A DNA stretch of 63,361 bases, counting the filler, from Salisapilia sapeloensis CBS 127946 (Eukaryota > Protista > Oomycota): NCBI GenBank assembly GCA_023334545.1. It is 10 parts of 10 records of this genome, joined end to end, with 100 filler letters (N's around TTAATTAATTAA, not from the genome) between each part and the next. Parts side by side here need not be neighbours in the genome. Positions count along the whole stretch, not along the records: positions 19,676 to 25,276 come from JAADVB010000603.1; positions 25,377 to 42,901 come from JAADVB010000339.1; 8 more parts are not named here. One strand, given 5' to 3'. Position 1 is the first letter of the stretch. Every line of letters starts with the position of its first letter. Positions 22,434-35,248 of the stretch are shown here, piece by piece. Position numbers and translations under genes: made by a program. The notes under the pieces were generated by a model that did not search any database, had not been told where the DNA came from, and saw nothing but the letters and a program-made list of their open reading frames with translations.

Positions 22434-22835
22434 TCACTTCTTTTGGTGTATTTATTGGCTGCAGCTGCTTCCACATGATTGGCTACAACCAAATCATGTC
22501 TACCCAATAAAATCATGCATTGTGATGCAGATTTCTGTCAAGTGGTCCTTCGAAGATACCGATACCATTCATCATACCTCGAAGCACCATTGTTCTTCCA
22601 GATAGATGGAGAGCAGAGACTACTTCGTACCAAGTCTTCTCCCACAGCCAGTAGCGTCGAAACCTCAAGAAGCGCAGTTGATTTTCGTCCAATCGTAGTC
22701 TCTCCCACCACAATATTATCCAATTAAAAGTTGGTTTCATGGAAAACGCCTCCAGCAGTCGCAGCCAGAGTCGTTTAGCTCTGCTTCTGGCGACCTCGGA
22801 CCATTTTCCCATCTTTCCGATTATCTCACGTCGTC

Positions 22836-24983
22836 ATGTCTCCCGTAAGCACGCTTTTTACATCGCGCGAAGGTAGTGCCGAGAAAGACGAAAGTGATAC
22901 GGATTCGACCAACGGATTTCAGTCCAAGCCAGCGACATCACTCGTTCATCCAGCACCAGCAGCTATTAATCCGTACGTCGAGCCACAGTACAGCAGTGAC
23001 TCCTCCAGTGACTTGAGCGACATGTCTTCTTCCTGCTCGTCCGACACTTCGATTGAAGTTGAGGAAGATGGCGATGATCAGGAACATGCATACGCTAGTG
23101 ATGCGTACTTTGTCAAGGATTTAGATACAGGCGAAAGCTACAGTGTGGATGAAATGGACAAACGATATGAACTAGTGACACTGGATGCCGTTGCGGAGAA
23201 GCGGAAGGCGGAGAATCCGCAGTCGAATGGGGAGAAAGAGACGACACCGTCGTACCTCTTGTCCTTGTACACGGCAGATGAGACGGCGGATATTGAAATT
23301 GAGGACCACGTGGATGAAGGAGCGAGGGTCCGGAGTAATAACGTTGCGCTAGGCGACGACAATCAGTTGGAGCCGCCGCGAAAGTGTCGATACGACGGAT
23401 GTGAAGTGCTCCATCAGCGATCTTCCGGTCTCTGTGCCGACCACGAGATCATCGCCAAGGAGAATGAGGACTCAAGAGCACAGACAGAGTACCTCATACC
23501 TCTGGGTGCACGTGCAGAGTTTGTGCGCATCAGCGGGCACGGATTCGTCTACGACGCCTCGAGTCGCGTCTACACCGTGTACGCGATCGAAATGCGCTGT
23601 CTACAGTCCAGCGCCAGTTGGGTCGTCTACCGTCGCTACCAGGAGTTCAAGGCCTTGAACGACTCTCTAACGCTTTCCATCCGTACGCCACCGTTTCCAC
23701 CAAAGAAACTCATTGGCTCCTTTGATCCTCGCTTCATCGCAAAACGCCAGGAAGACCTGTCACATTGGCTACGTGCCCTCCTCCACAGTGACGGCGTCGA
23801 TCGGACATCGCCTAATCCCCACTTGCGAGAGGAAGTGCGTGAGTTCCTGACGCAACGGGCCGACCAGCCTCCGTTCTTACTCGAGCAAAGACTGCCTGTT
23901 CCTAGTAGTAAACTCTTTGGTCTTGATAGTACTGCATCCTTCCATTCGTCCGAGTCGAAAGCGTCGTTAGATGACTTTGAGATGATCCAAGTGATCGGAC
24001 GAGGATCGTTTGGGAAAGTTGTGCTCGTCGGGCATAAACAGACGAAGCAACTATTCGCCATGAAAGTCCTTTCGAAACGGAACGTTGTCCAGCGGAAGCA
24101 GGTGGAGCATACGAGAACGGAGAGGCGTGTCTTGGGCAAAAGCACCGGCCATCCGTTCCTCGTCGGACTCCAGTATGCTTTCCAAACACCTCAACGCCTG
24201 TACCTTGTGCTAGATTATTGTCCAGGCGGAGAACTCTTCTACCATTTATCTCGAATGAAGAAACTGCCGGAGCACATGGCATGCTTCTACGCAGCTGAAG
24301 TTGTGCTTGCATTAGAACATCTACATGGCCTCGGTGTCGTCTACCGAGACTTGAAGCCTGAGAATATTTTGCTGACAAAGGATGGACATGTAAAGCTCGC
24401 AGACTTTGGTCTGGCGAAAGAAGGCATTTGGAAGAGTGTAGAAGGCACGAACTCGTTGTGTGGTACGCCAGAGTACCTTCCACCAGAGATCTTGGACCGA
24501 AGAGGACATGGAACGAGTGTCGACTGGTGGAACTTGGGTATGGTGCTGTATGAAATGCTGACAGGACTACCGCCATGGTACACGAACGACCGGAAGCGAC
24601 TATTTGAACGATTGCGAACGGCGAGACTTCACTTCCCGCCGTACGTGTCCAGACGAGCGGAGAGTTTCATTCGACACTTGCTCGTGCGTAACCCAGAGGA
24701 ACGACTGGGAAGCCGAGGAGCGAAGCATGTGAAGAGACATCCGTTCTTTGCGAGCATCGATTGGGAACAGCTCAGTCGGAGAGAAGTGGAACCACCGTTC
24801 CGACCTTGTCATACGAGTATGCAGGAAGGAGAGGCTCCGTTGAACTTCGAAGCTGAATTCACCAGACTGCCGCTGCCGAGCGTCGAGGGTGGCGTCGGAG
24901 ACGGCGGAGTGACTGTACCTGTTGATAAGGACGCTTTTAAAGGATTCTCATTCGTCAACACGAGTGTGTTGGAAGACGAATGA
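22836..24983 (+). CDS. PX-domain AGC Ser/Thr kinase (SGK/Akt-like), intronless
   Basis: PX motif VYRRYQEFKAL...FPPKK; GRGSFGKV, YRDLKPEN, DFG, CGTPEYLPPE; C-terminal FKGFSF; one CxxxGC..GLCxxH motif. Confidence 0.93.
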   Translation: MSPVSTLFTSREGSAEKDESDTDSTNGFQSKPATSLVHPAPAAINPYVEPQYSSDSSSDLSDMSSSCSSDTSIEVEEDGDDQEHAYASDAYFVKDLDTGESYSVDEMDKRYELVTLDAVAEKRKAENPQSNGEKETTPSYLLSLYTADETADIEIEDHVDEGARVRSNNVALGDDNQLEPPRKCRYDGCEVLHQRSSGLCADHEIIAKENEDSRAQTEYLIPLGARAEFVRISGHGFVYDASSRVYTVYAIEMRCLQSSASWVVYRRYQEFKALNDSLTLSIRTPPFPPKKLIGSFDPRFIAKRQEDLSHWLRALLHSDGVDRTSPNPHLREEVREFLTQRADQPPFLLEQRLPVPSSKLFGLDSTASFHSSESKASLDDFEMIQVIGRGSFGKVVLVGHKQTKQLFAMKVLSKRNVVQRKQVEHTRTERRVLGKSTGHPFLVGLQYAFQTPQRLYLVLDYCPGGELFYHLSRMKKLPEHMACFYAAEVVLALEHLHGLGVVYRDLKPENILLTKDGHVKLADFGLAKEGIWKSVEGTNSLCGTPEYLPPEILDRRGHGTSVDWWNLGMVLYEMLTGLPPWYTNDRKRLFERLRTARLHFPPYVSRRAESFIRHLLVRNPEERLGSRGAKHVKRHPFFASIDWEQLSRREVEPPFRPCHTSMQEGEAPLNFEAEFTRLPLPSVEGGVGDGGVTVPVDKDAFKGFSFVNTSVLEDE

Positions 24984-25376
24984 AGACAAGTATTTATTAG
25001 CGTTGGGGAGGACAGTTGCATGGGATAGTAAATGATCAAAAAAATGGGCGAAGTCCACTTTGAAATACAATCACATGAGCATTGAAGGCCACTTTTGACA
25101 ACAGGCATATAACTATTCAGATAGTCGACGAAGTGAACAAGAACGAGTTTGATGAAATGGATATAAAGCCTAGTTAATTATTTTGTACATCTATCGTCAT
25201 CTACAGTTAGAGAGTCACTCTCGTTTAGTCCTGGTGGCTCTCCAGTAAGTCTTGGCCGAAGCCGTCGAGCCACCAANNNNNNNNNNNNNNNNNNNNNNNN
25301 NNNNNNNNNNNNNNNNNNNNTTAATTAATTAANNNNNNNNNNNNNNNNNNNNNNNNNNNNNNNNNNNNNNNNNNNN

Positions 25377-25414
25377 ATCGTCCGTACTACGGTGGTTACG
25401 GCCACTACTGGTAA
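25377..25414 (+). CDS. Last codons of a Gly/Tyr-rich protein cut by the contig start
   Basis: RPYYGGYGHYW* at the contig edge. Confidence 0.35.
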
Positions 25415-25689
25415 TCTGCTCTTGCGTTTGCTTCGAAGTGGACTATCACGGATGCGTGGAAGGATGCTTTGATGAAGACTATCGAGACGGATTAAACGAA
25501 ATGCATATCGTCTTTGCTTGCTACTTCTTTAATGCTATCCTTATCAGTTTTCATACGTCGTGCACCCAGCCATATTCCCGTTGTTATACATAATTTAATG
25601 AAGAAAACAAGACAAGAAGACTGTATTTGAACTCCATCTGCATTCTTGTTAAATACACGACGGCACCATTTGTGTATCGCTTCCGTCTC

Positions 25690-27431
25690 GTTCGCCATCG
25701 ACACAAAAAGAACAAAGCTTACCTTGTCGCCGACCTGTTCTCCAGTGCTTGCTCGAGACGCTTCACTCGCTCTTCCAACCTCTTCATCTTGTCCTCCATC
25801 GCTTTCTTCTCCTTGGTACTCTGTCGCAGCGCTGCCTCACATTTCAAAAATGCAGTGTGATACCCCATTAGCACATCCCCCACGCGGCTCCACTCGTCCT
25901 ACAACATGCACATCAGCTCCCTACCTACTTGTCCTGACAACAGTATAAAAAGGAAGATGGGCACCGCAGGCTGACGCGCATTCCCCACGCTCACGTCGCT
26001 CTTCTGCACCTGCTTCTCCCGCTCTGTAGGCTCCCGGGCGTTCTCTATGCTCACATCGCTCTTCTCCTTCTCCTGCGACTGCTTCTCCTCTGGAGCAGAC
26101 TCACGCATATCTTCCATACTCCCATCGCTCTTCTTCCGCATTTGCTTCTCCCGCTCTGCAATCTTCCGACGCAGCTCTTCAATGTCTGCGTTGAGCCGCT
26201 CCTTGTCCTTGGCCTTCGCTCCAGTGCTACCATTCGGACTCTTGGAGACAGGCGAAGCTGTGTGCTGACTTTTACTATGTTTAGACTCTTGCTCTCCTTC
26301 CTGCTTGGACTCTTCGCTCTTGTCCTGATTGGACGTATTGTCGCCACAGTCTTGCTTGGAGACGTTGATGACTAAGCGCTGAGCACCTGCCGTTAGTGTC
26401 TTCTTACTCCTTTTCCTCTTCTTCAGGGAAGATCGCAGCTGAGCTCGCAGTTGCTCTGAATCACTCGACGTCGTCCGCTTCTTCTTCGTACTCAACGCTG
26501 CGGACCGGAGTTGATCCAAGTCCATGGCTGGTTCATCATGAAAGACGAGGTCGGTGCCATCGACCTTGGTCTCCTCTGCTTTATCATAATATCTCTTTGC
26601 TTTCTTCGGCTCGACAGCTACGTAGTTAAAGTCTCCTTGTGTCGAGAGCTTTCGCTTCGGCAAAGTGTTCACTCGACCGTACTTGTCTAATCGAACGTAC
26701 TCTTCGTTATGATGAGCAGGGGTCGAGTCGACGTAGAACGGATCGTTCGCAGGAGCAGAGTCCTGACGGCCGTTTGTGTCGACGTAGAAGAGCGAGTCTT
26801 GAGATTCAGACGCTGATTCTTCGTCTCCGAAGGACACGAAGAAGACAGTTGGACTGCCTTGGGAAGCGTATGCGTGACTTCGATGCAAGTGTTTTTCACT
26901 TTCCAGCATCCGACGACTCTTACTAGGTGGAATGAGGATGCCTCTGTACTTGCGAAAGTTTTCATATGGCTTTTTGCCCTGCTCCAGTTCTTCATGCGTC
27001 CGCAAGACGGTTTCTCCATCGACTTGGACGACAAAGACAGTGGCATTCGGGTCCTGAGGTAGACTCTCCTGATAGATCTCACCGTCCTCGAGCGCTTTGT
27101 GTGCGTGCGACGGCATCGTCGGCCATGCTTCGTCCACGTCCTCTTCGTCCTCCTGTATCTTTAAATGCTCCTCCGACGGCGTAGTGTCGCTCTGCTGGAT
27201 AGAGGAGGATGTCTCCGACTCGGATCGAGAGCTGCTCACCTGATCTTGTCTAGTAGAAGCTTGCACGGGGTTCATATCCGTGTCGTCCGTGTCACTCATC
27301 TCGACATCGCTCGTTAAATCGATGATTTTTGAGGTATCGTACAACGAAGGCATCGAGGAGCCATTTGGATACGTGCCTCGAGTAGATGCAGGAGATTGAT
27401 AAGGTACTGCTCGATTCGAATGTGCCTCCAT
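25690..27431 (-). CDS. Low-complexity, charged coiled-coil protein of unknown function, multi-exon
   Basis: 510-aa ORF with IEELRRKIAEREKQ plus a downstream coiled-coil exon near 25690-25860; end coordinate approximate. Confidence 0.6.
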
Positions 27432-27667
27432 ACCTACTAGACGAAGGGCAGAAGGCCTAATGGTCTGCTCAACGCTTTCAAGACCTACACTAGGGCTTAT
27501 TCGATACTATTAATTCAAGACACCATACAAGAACATAGTCAATAGTAAAATAGCTTTATTTCATATACAAAGGTTATGTAAGCCGTATGAAAGGTTTTTA
27601 CATTGTAAACTACCATAAAACCTGTGTAGGAGAACTGACAAGCTTATTCGCGCCATTATCCTGCTGC

Positions 27668-28795
27668 ATGGCGATGGACGAGCACGAGTTCACGCGAGCG
27701 GACTATGATCGACTTGTAGCGAGTATTCCTCCAAAAGACCGCAAGTTGAACCCTATTAGCGAATATGAAGAGATTGAAATTGTACCTGGGTGTACACTCT
27801 TCGATCTCTATCGACCTCGACGTCCGCCTGTGACGGATACCGACGCCAGTCGCGTCGTAAACCTCCGCTCTCTCCACGCCGACTTGCGTTGCCCAATCTG
27901 TCTTGGTTTAATTAAAAACTGCACTGTCGTGAAACAATGTCTCCATCGTTTCTGTAAAAACTGCATTGACGAGGCATTGCGTAAATCCGGTTCCGTCTGT
28001 CCTTCCTGTCGCGTCCACTTACCCTCTCGTCGCTTCCTTCGCGAAGATACGAATTTCGATGGGCTCATCTCTGCTCTATATCCGAATCGAGATGAGCTCG
28101 AACGCAAGGAAGACGAACGGATCGATCGAGTGAATCGCGAAAGACACTTGAACACGGCAGCAACCGAGAGCATGCGCATTGGCGTCCAAACGCAAGAGAC
28201 CATGCGTCGGAACGTACGTTAGGCTCCTATCAGGTTCATTCGTAGGCTATGAAACTCATTGATGCTACTTGAAATGAAAATCTAGTTGAATCGGAAAAGG
28301 TCTCCACCATCTACATCCGCCTCGACGTCCTCGCAAGCATCAGACGGAGCAAGTGATGTCCAAAAGCGACAAAAGACACAGCATCAAGGTCAACAAGACA
28401 AAGACACAAGCGAAAAGGATAGAGAACGAGTCACTCTGCACGTGACGCTACACCCAGAGGAAGTCTCTCGCGAGCATCAGTTGCTCAGTCCAGTCTTCCG
28501 GACGACATATCGCCTCAAAATTCGACACTTGAAAGCTCATGTAGCTAAACTACTCCACTTGTCACCTGAGAGCATGCATATCGTTCTACCTCGTATTAAT
28601 TTTGAAGCCAGTGGTTTAAAAGACGCTGGAAGCGCAGTCGAAAGGCTGGATTTGCAACGTGATCAGGAGCTCGAAGGCTTTCTAACACTCTACGACGTCT
28701 ATCAGCAGTATGGGATGGGCACAGCCTGGCAATTGCAACTCCAGTACCACTTTTCCAATCACCTATCGAAACACATGCAAGCGAACACGACGTAA
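27668..28795 (+). CDS. RING1-like E3 ligase (C3HC4 RING plus RAWUL-like C-terminus), two exons
   Basis: LRCPICLGLIKNCTVVKQCLHRFCKNCI...CPSCRVHLPSRRFLREDTNFDGLISALYP follows the RING1/RNF2 pattern; C-terminal LKIRHLKAHVAKLL. Confidence 0.8.
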
Positions 28796-28800
28796 AGAAT

Positions 28801-30078
28801 CTAATCCAAGGAAATATTTTGCAACGCAGCATCTTGCATCCGTCGTGCCTTGAGGTCAGAACCGAGTCGATCGATACTGTCATCGAGTACGACGCGACGT
28901 AGCTTTTGATACGCCCAACAGGCATATCGGACAGCATATCGATTCGCAAGACGACCAGCAGTTTGGATGTCCAAGACGATGGCGTCCATCCTCTGATTAT
29001 TCTCTAGCAAGTCGAGTACGACTGTCCATTGTTCCTGTAGTTTGGCATCTAGGATCCCATCCTCTTGTCCTTCTTTCTCTACATCCACACCCTCTACGTC
29101 CTTATCGACTGGATCAAGTGGAAGTTGGAAAAGAAGGTGGAGGAGGAAGCGTCTGTGGCACCAAGGTGCTTCGGAATAAGAGTAGTAGGCCTGTAGATGA
29201 GATAGAAAAGCTAGTTCAGATGCTATGAAAAGGTGTTTTTGATCGTCTGAAGTCGACTGGAAGGAAAGAGAGATCACGCGTTGACGGTGATTCCATCCTG
29301 AGTGGTCCTTTACATGCGTCTTACAGTACGCTTTCATGCTTTCTAGCTCTCTTTCGATCGTAGGACGCGTCATCGTCTGCTCTACGACCCAGTGACGGAA
29401 GCTCCAAGCGTGGTAGTTGCGAGGATGTCGCTCCGCCAAGAGCTGACAGACTTGAGTCTGTTGGGTGTAGAAAGCACCTTTCTCCTCAGAAGTAGCTTTT
29501 TGGAGGATGCGTTTGGATACCCAGCGCCTAGTATACTATGTGAGAATGGATATGACGAGTAGAAGACATGGGGCGTACCGATAAGCCCATGTATCGATGC
29601 TTTTCGGGTGTAAGGAGAAGACGAGGTCGCAAAAAAGAATCTCATTCGCTTCAGACAAGTAGCTACGACAGGCGAGCTGCCGGCGAGCGTTTAATGCAGT
29701 GTAAAAATCCGCATTAAGCAGCAGAAGGACTCTGGTGACGCGCTCCAGCGACGACAGATCAGTGTCTGTGCATGTCTGAGCACGCAACAACGGATACAAA
29801 TGATGGAATTCAGACTCCGCAGCTCTGAAAATGAGTCTTGCAGAAGTAAAAGCGACACCGAGCTTGTGATTGTCGAGGTAAAAGGCATTGTCCGGCGTTA
29901 GCTCGTCTTCCGAGATGCCAAAGAGGAGTCCTATTTCATCGCTACAGAAATAATTAAGACATTATCGTACAAACATACATGTCTGCTTATGAGACAAAAA
30001 GACCCAGTTGATTTACATGTCTGGATCGTCCTGTAGCAACGAATAGAGCTTGGATAGTAGATTCTCTCCTTGGCTCAT
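28801..30078 (-). CDS. Protein prenyltransferase alpha-subunit repeat protein (PTAR1-like), multi-exon
   Basis: PPTA motifs LHPKSIDTWAYR, RHPRNYHAWSFRHWV, HVKDHSGWNHRQ, YSEAPWCHRR. Confidence 0.8.
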
Positions 30079-30281
30079 CTTTGATCGAGTATCCTCCAGT
30101 ATACTTTAATCAAGTCTAAATGAGGAGGTACTCGACCTCCAGATAGAATCGATATGATGTAGTACAGGTCATACATACAAGCTATATCCATGAATAATAA
30201 CCTTCCTCCACCATATACGGAAGTAATATCATTCTAAGTGCACGACATTTATAATAATAAGAGGAATCCAAGACGGTGGAA

Positions 30282-31287
30282 TTAATTTTCAGCATCATGC
30301 CGCAACTGCACGAGCGCTACTTCGACTCTTTCGATCGCTGCTTTCACTCGGTCCACATCCAATTGCTCTCGACTCATAAGTAGAATCTCTTCTCCCCCTT
30401 CCTCGCCTTTAACAAACCCAGCTTCCATCAACAACTCCACTGCTCCTTTTACATGCACTAATTTCTTCTGAATCGCAGCATTCTGAAGTCGAATCCGACG
30501 AAATTTGTCTTCGTCTGGGTTTTGTATAATGTTATTTAGTATCTTGTCGATGGTCTCGGATGCTGTTACGGCTTGTGTCATCTCCTGACAGAGTAGAATG
30601 TACACAGCTCCATTTTCATCTGTCGAAGCGGAAGTCGAAACTGGAGCTGGTGGTGGCATCGTACTAGGCGCATACTCCTCCCCACTGGATTTATTATTGA
30701 CTGCAGACACGGCTTCAGAACTGGAGGAAAAGGTGGCGGCGTACGGGTTAAAGCCCATTTGCTGCTGGGCAGTTTCGAGCTCCCGATTCTTCACCTCCTC
30801 ATTACTATACTGATAATTCGAATCACTCGAATCCGACGTGTACTCGTCCATCCTTTCAAACGAGTTCTTTTCTTTGGCAAGTCGAGCTCGACGAGCATTG
30901 TCTACACGTTTCTCCCATGCATTCCCTCGTGCTTCCAACGCTTTCGCCTATCATGCACATGCGTCAATTACATCCAAGAGAGACATTCTAGACAGCAAAC
31001 CTGCTGCTCTCGCCTTCGCTGTTGCTCCTCCTCTGACAATGCAGGAGGTTTCGACTGGAAAGCTGGCATCTACCATCGTATATGAACAACCAGATCGAAG
31101 ATAAAGGGACTAGTACGAGTACTTGGAATGAAGACTTTTTCTGAGCTGTCTGGTCCTTCGGTGGTTCCGGCTGGCTTTCACCACCTAGACGTTGGCCATC
31201 CCCCTTGAACGGCTTACTCTTGGATTGGTTCTGTAGCTTGGCAGCAGCCTTCTTAGCCTCCTCCTTCTTCTTCTTAAGCCAATCCAT
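30282..31287 (-). CDS. PUB-domain protein (p97/CDC48 cofactor), multi-exon
   Basis: IDKILNNIIQNPDEDKFRRIRLQNAAIQKKL...GAVELLMEAGF; N-terminal FKGDGQRLGG. Confidence 0.85.
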
Positions 31288-31397
31288 GCGTTTTGATCGG
31301 TTCGAGGAATGGCTTCAGAGCGATGACGTGATGGGAGGCATTCTGAAACCGACATTAATCTGATTCGACAAGATTTTACAATTAGGTACTGACCACC

Positions 31398-32979
31398 ATG
31401 GCACGGCTTGGCTACCTAGCTTTATTTTTCGTCAATGCTGCCGTTGCAGCTCTTTTGCATGAGTTTGGCAATGGTACTGTCCATGGCAACTTGGTTGGAA
31501 GTGTCTTATGTGTTTGATATAGTGCTTTTACCGCCATTCCATGCCCATTATCTACGAGCTTTTGGCGAGTGCGAGGATTCCGGAGCTGGACCTTATTGTG
31601 TCGGTAATCAATTCGTCTACCGGTACGAAGAAACCTATTGCATATATACGAGGTGTTTGCTTACGAGAAAATAGCTTGAGCTTTAGCATTTGTGTCTTCT
31701 TTATGGCGACTGGAGTGATGAGCTATACCACACATGACAAGGACGGCTGCTGCTGCTTTACTCTCGTCCAACTCCCATTCTACCTCATTGCAGCCGTTGG
31801 ATCGCTCTTTATTCCTGATGGTTGCCCATGTTCCTTTTCAATTGACTAGCACAAGCATACTACTTATCGTTTCTAGCATTCTTTGATGGTTATGCCACGG
31901 TCGCTCGCTTCGGCTCCATTGCATTCATCCTCCTCCAAATCATCATCATCATCGATTCCACTTGTACAATACACGAAATGCTTTTCACATCTAGAATACT
32001 AAGCATACGCTCTAGACAACTTACAAGCGTATCTTGTCCATCAAATCGAGCAAGAGGAGCAGGATTCAGAGTGCACGCAGCACCTCCTACCGACCAACGA
32101 CGATTCCTTTAAATCCAGCAAAGACTCGAGAAAATGGTACTATCCTCTCCACTTGCTTTCTACCTCGTATTCATATCCACGTAGGAAAACCATCTACCTC
32201 ATCCTCGTCGCTCTCGCCACTATCCTCACCGTCATCGGCGCCATCATCATGTTCAATTACGATGCCGGATGCGACCTCAACGTCTTCTTCATCATCTCTA
32301 CTCTCCTCGCATCCCTCGTCACAACCTCTCTTAGCGGTACATTCCATCCTAGATACACAAAACCTCGAGACTAAGCACTTGCGTAGTGTCCAGCTGGGTC
32401 AGCGCCGGCTTCCTCCCGGCATCCTCAGCGACTCTCTACTTTACCTTCCTTTGTTTTCAGGCAGTGCAGTCCAATCCAGATGCCAGTTGCCACACCCACG
32501 CTTCTAATGGACACTCGCATGGAATGAATGTCCTCTTGAACGCTTTCTTAGCTGCTTTCACACTCACATGGACGAGTTGGCGGACGTCCTCGACGTCTAC
32601 CACACTCTTCCTCACCGACTCGTCCTTTAGTCGCAGTGATGAGCACGAACAGAAGATCATCTATGCGTCGGACGCAGATGATAACGTCCAGGAGCAGGTG
32701 ACAGACTTGCTGACAGGACATGAAGATTATAACGAAAGTGAGAGTGATAGCGAGGGAGTTCCTCCTTCCGAGCAGCATTTCCATATCATTATGTTCCTAG
32801 GTGGATTGTACATGGCCATGGTGCTCACCGCATGGGGATCATCGAACGGATCGGACGATGCGAACGACCAGAGACTTGGTATGTGGGTACGTGTCGGGAG
32901 CGAGTGGGGTGCAATCGGTCTCTTCCTCTGGTCCCTCGTCGCCCCCACCGTCTTCCCAGATCGAGACTTTACACTTTAA
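31398..32979 (+). CDS. Serine incorporator (Serinc/TMS) membrane protein, multi-exon
   Basis: FHIIMFLGGLYMAMVLTAWG...MWVRVGSEW...LFLWSLVAPTVFPDRDF; start approximate. Confidence 0.88.
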
Positions 32980-32994
32980 ACACAAGAAATTTTG

Positions 32995-35056
32995 TTAATT
33001 TGGATGCCGCATATCTACTCGCTGTCTTTTACGTCGACTCGGTTCCTTCGTCACTTTGTTGGAACCTTTCAACGCTGCCTGGAGGACACTCTGTTCACAA
33101 CTCTGGTCCTGTAGGATGTCCACGGCGTCGTTTGCTTCCTTTAGACCACTGAACTCGACACGATACAACGTCTCGGACACTTTGGTCATGCCAATGACGC
33201 CAGCACACTCCTGTATGGCGCTCGTGAGAGCTCCCCAACTCACTTCCTGATCACTGGACACGTCGACGATGGGAAGAGGTGGAGGTGGCGTGTGCTCTGT
33301 CTCCATGGCAATAGCGGGAGGGTAGTATGGCATGCAATAGTACGGATCCATGTACATATCCGAGTTCGGGTGGTACATGGCGGATGGAACGGGGTACGGG
33401 AGAGGTACTTCATACCCGAATGAGTCGGACGTGCGCATCATGTGTGCAAATCTGGCTTCCACGGCGCCTAGTTCCGTGTCTTCCGAGTACGCTCGAGGTC
33501 GTTCAGCGGAATGGAAGGAGCTAAAGACACTCGGGTCTTCAATGACGATCGCTTGGACGTAATGACCGGACTGACTCGGTAGTTCCTTATGGTGCAACTG
33601 TCTCGACGCTTCGACAGCACTGCTTTCATGATCAAATTTGACAAACGCGACGCCTTGGCCTGGTGTATCGACTTTTAAGTCGATGAACTCCATGCCAGAT
33701 AGACTCGAGACATAGGATGACAAGGTCGAATTCGAGACAGACCGATCGTACAGCACGAGCAGCCACTTCTTCTTATCACTAGCTTCTATGAGAGGAGACG
33801 TTGGACTTCGCATGACAATGTCATTGTCCTCTTCTGCTAGATTCAGCCTCATGAACTCACCTCGAGCTTCCGCTCGTTGCGCTTCATGACGAAAGCACTC
33901 GACCACCGACTGGGCTTTTGTGTGAGACCGATAGGAGATGTACGCCATCGTCTGAAGTCGACCGAAGCTCTCGACCATTTGGACGTGCTCTAGATCTTCA
34001 TAAGCAGCAAAGATAGCCTCTATCTCCTGCCGAGTGAATGGTAAAGAGGAAGAAAAGAAGAGTTTATTCGTCTCTGCTTTCACACAAGCCGACGTGTAGT
34101 CCGTTCGAGGCTTGGCGATGCGCCCAGCATTCGTTTCTGTACTAGCCTGTCGCTTATGATTCGACTTTTTTGGGAGAGAGGAAGGAGGTGCGGAGGGTTG
34201 GACAGATAAAGTCGTTCGGATGTCCAAAGTTTCCTCTGTCTGTCCACGATTCGACTTCCGAACGCGTTTCACGGGTTCTGTCTTTCCTCGACCATCCGGA
34301 CGAGAGTGGACAGGAGATTCCATACTTCTCTTCTTCTCCATGGAACGTTTCGATGGAGCGTCGTGCTGACTCAAGTTCCGATAGGTCGAGAACGGATGAT
34401 CTGGACTGGTCGAAACGGCGGATACGACGTCCTGGAGGACTTTTGCTACCTCGCAGTGGTTTGGAAAGGGGGAAGAGACACGGAGAGCTGCGAGTCTCGT
34501 TGGTATGGTCGTCTGTAGCTCCTCTCCTGATTGACACGACGGCGGGAGTCTCGGCCGAGGCCACTGGTAGGATGGAGAAGAGGGAGGTAACGAACGCTGA
34601 CGCTTCCCTGGTGCTTGAGTATCTTCCTGAGCATGCTCAGTGCGTTTGGACTGCTGCTGATGCCGCTTTAACTTGCCTTTTCGAGCTGTCGATTTTTCTT
34701 TTGCTATTGTCACCTACGCATGCGATGAGCTCTATCTGCCTTGTGCTTGTCGATACAGAGATAAACATACCTTGAGGATATGCCCATCCGGTAGTTGCTT
34801 ATGGTCGTACTGGAGGATTGCAGCTTGTGCACTAGCAGCGTCTTCATATTGTAGAAAAGCGAATCCCTATCGTGTCTATTAGTTTCTGCTTGACAGCAGA
34901 CTCGAATGGACGTACGCGTGATTTTCCATTCCGATCCAAAGCTAGCTGTAAACTCTGTATCTGTCCACACGCACCAAAGAGTTCTCTTAACTCATCTCGC
35001 CTCCGCTCCCGTCCACAGACGATGAACAAGCGACTCTTATCGCTTTCTTTCGCCAT
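32995..35056 (-). CDS. Multi-RRM RNA-binding protein (possibly RBM45-like)
   Basis: Exon 1 SRLFIVCG...LFGACGQI, exon 2 GFAFLQYEDAASAQAAI, further RRMs (MAYISY; GVAFVKFDHESSAVEA) in ORF 32995-34713. Confidence 0.75.
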
Positions 35057-35248
35057 ACTCGGTCGAAAGTGTACATTCTTTTCTTAGGGCGCAAAGTAGC
35101 TTTCATACGCAATTTAGTCCGTGTCACATCGTATTTGACTTAAAATAGCGTCACAACGCATCGATCGAAATACTTTGTAAGCAACGCGAGTCGAGTACTA
35201 GTAGAGGACGTACGAGCGTCTGGTCTAGTCTCCACGTTTCATAGGTAC

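Noticed and set aside
34154-34775. Long overlapping ORFs in the RRM gene, and similar ones over the kinase, Beclin and DnaJ genes
   Set aside because: Antisense or off-frame shadows of clearly identifiable genes
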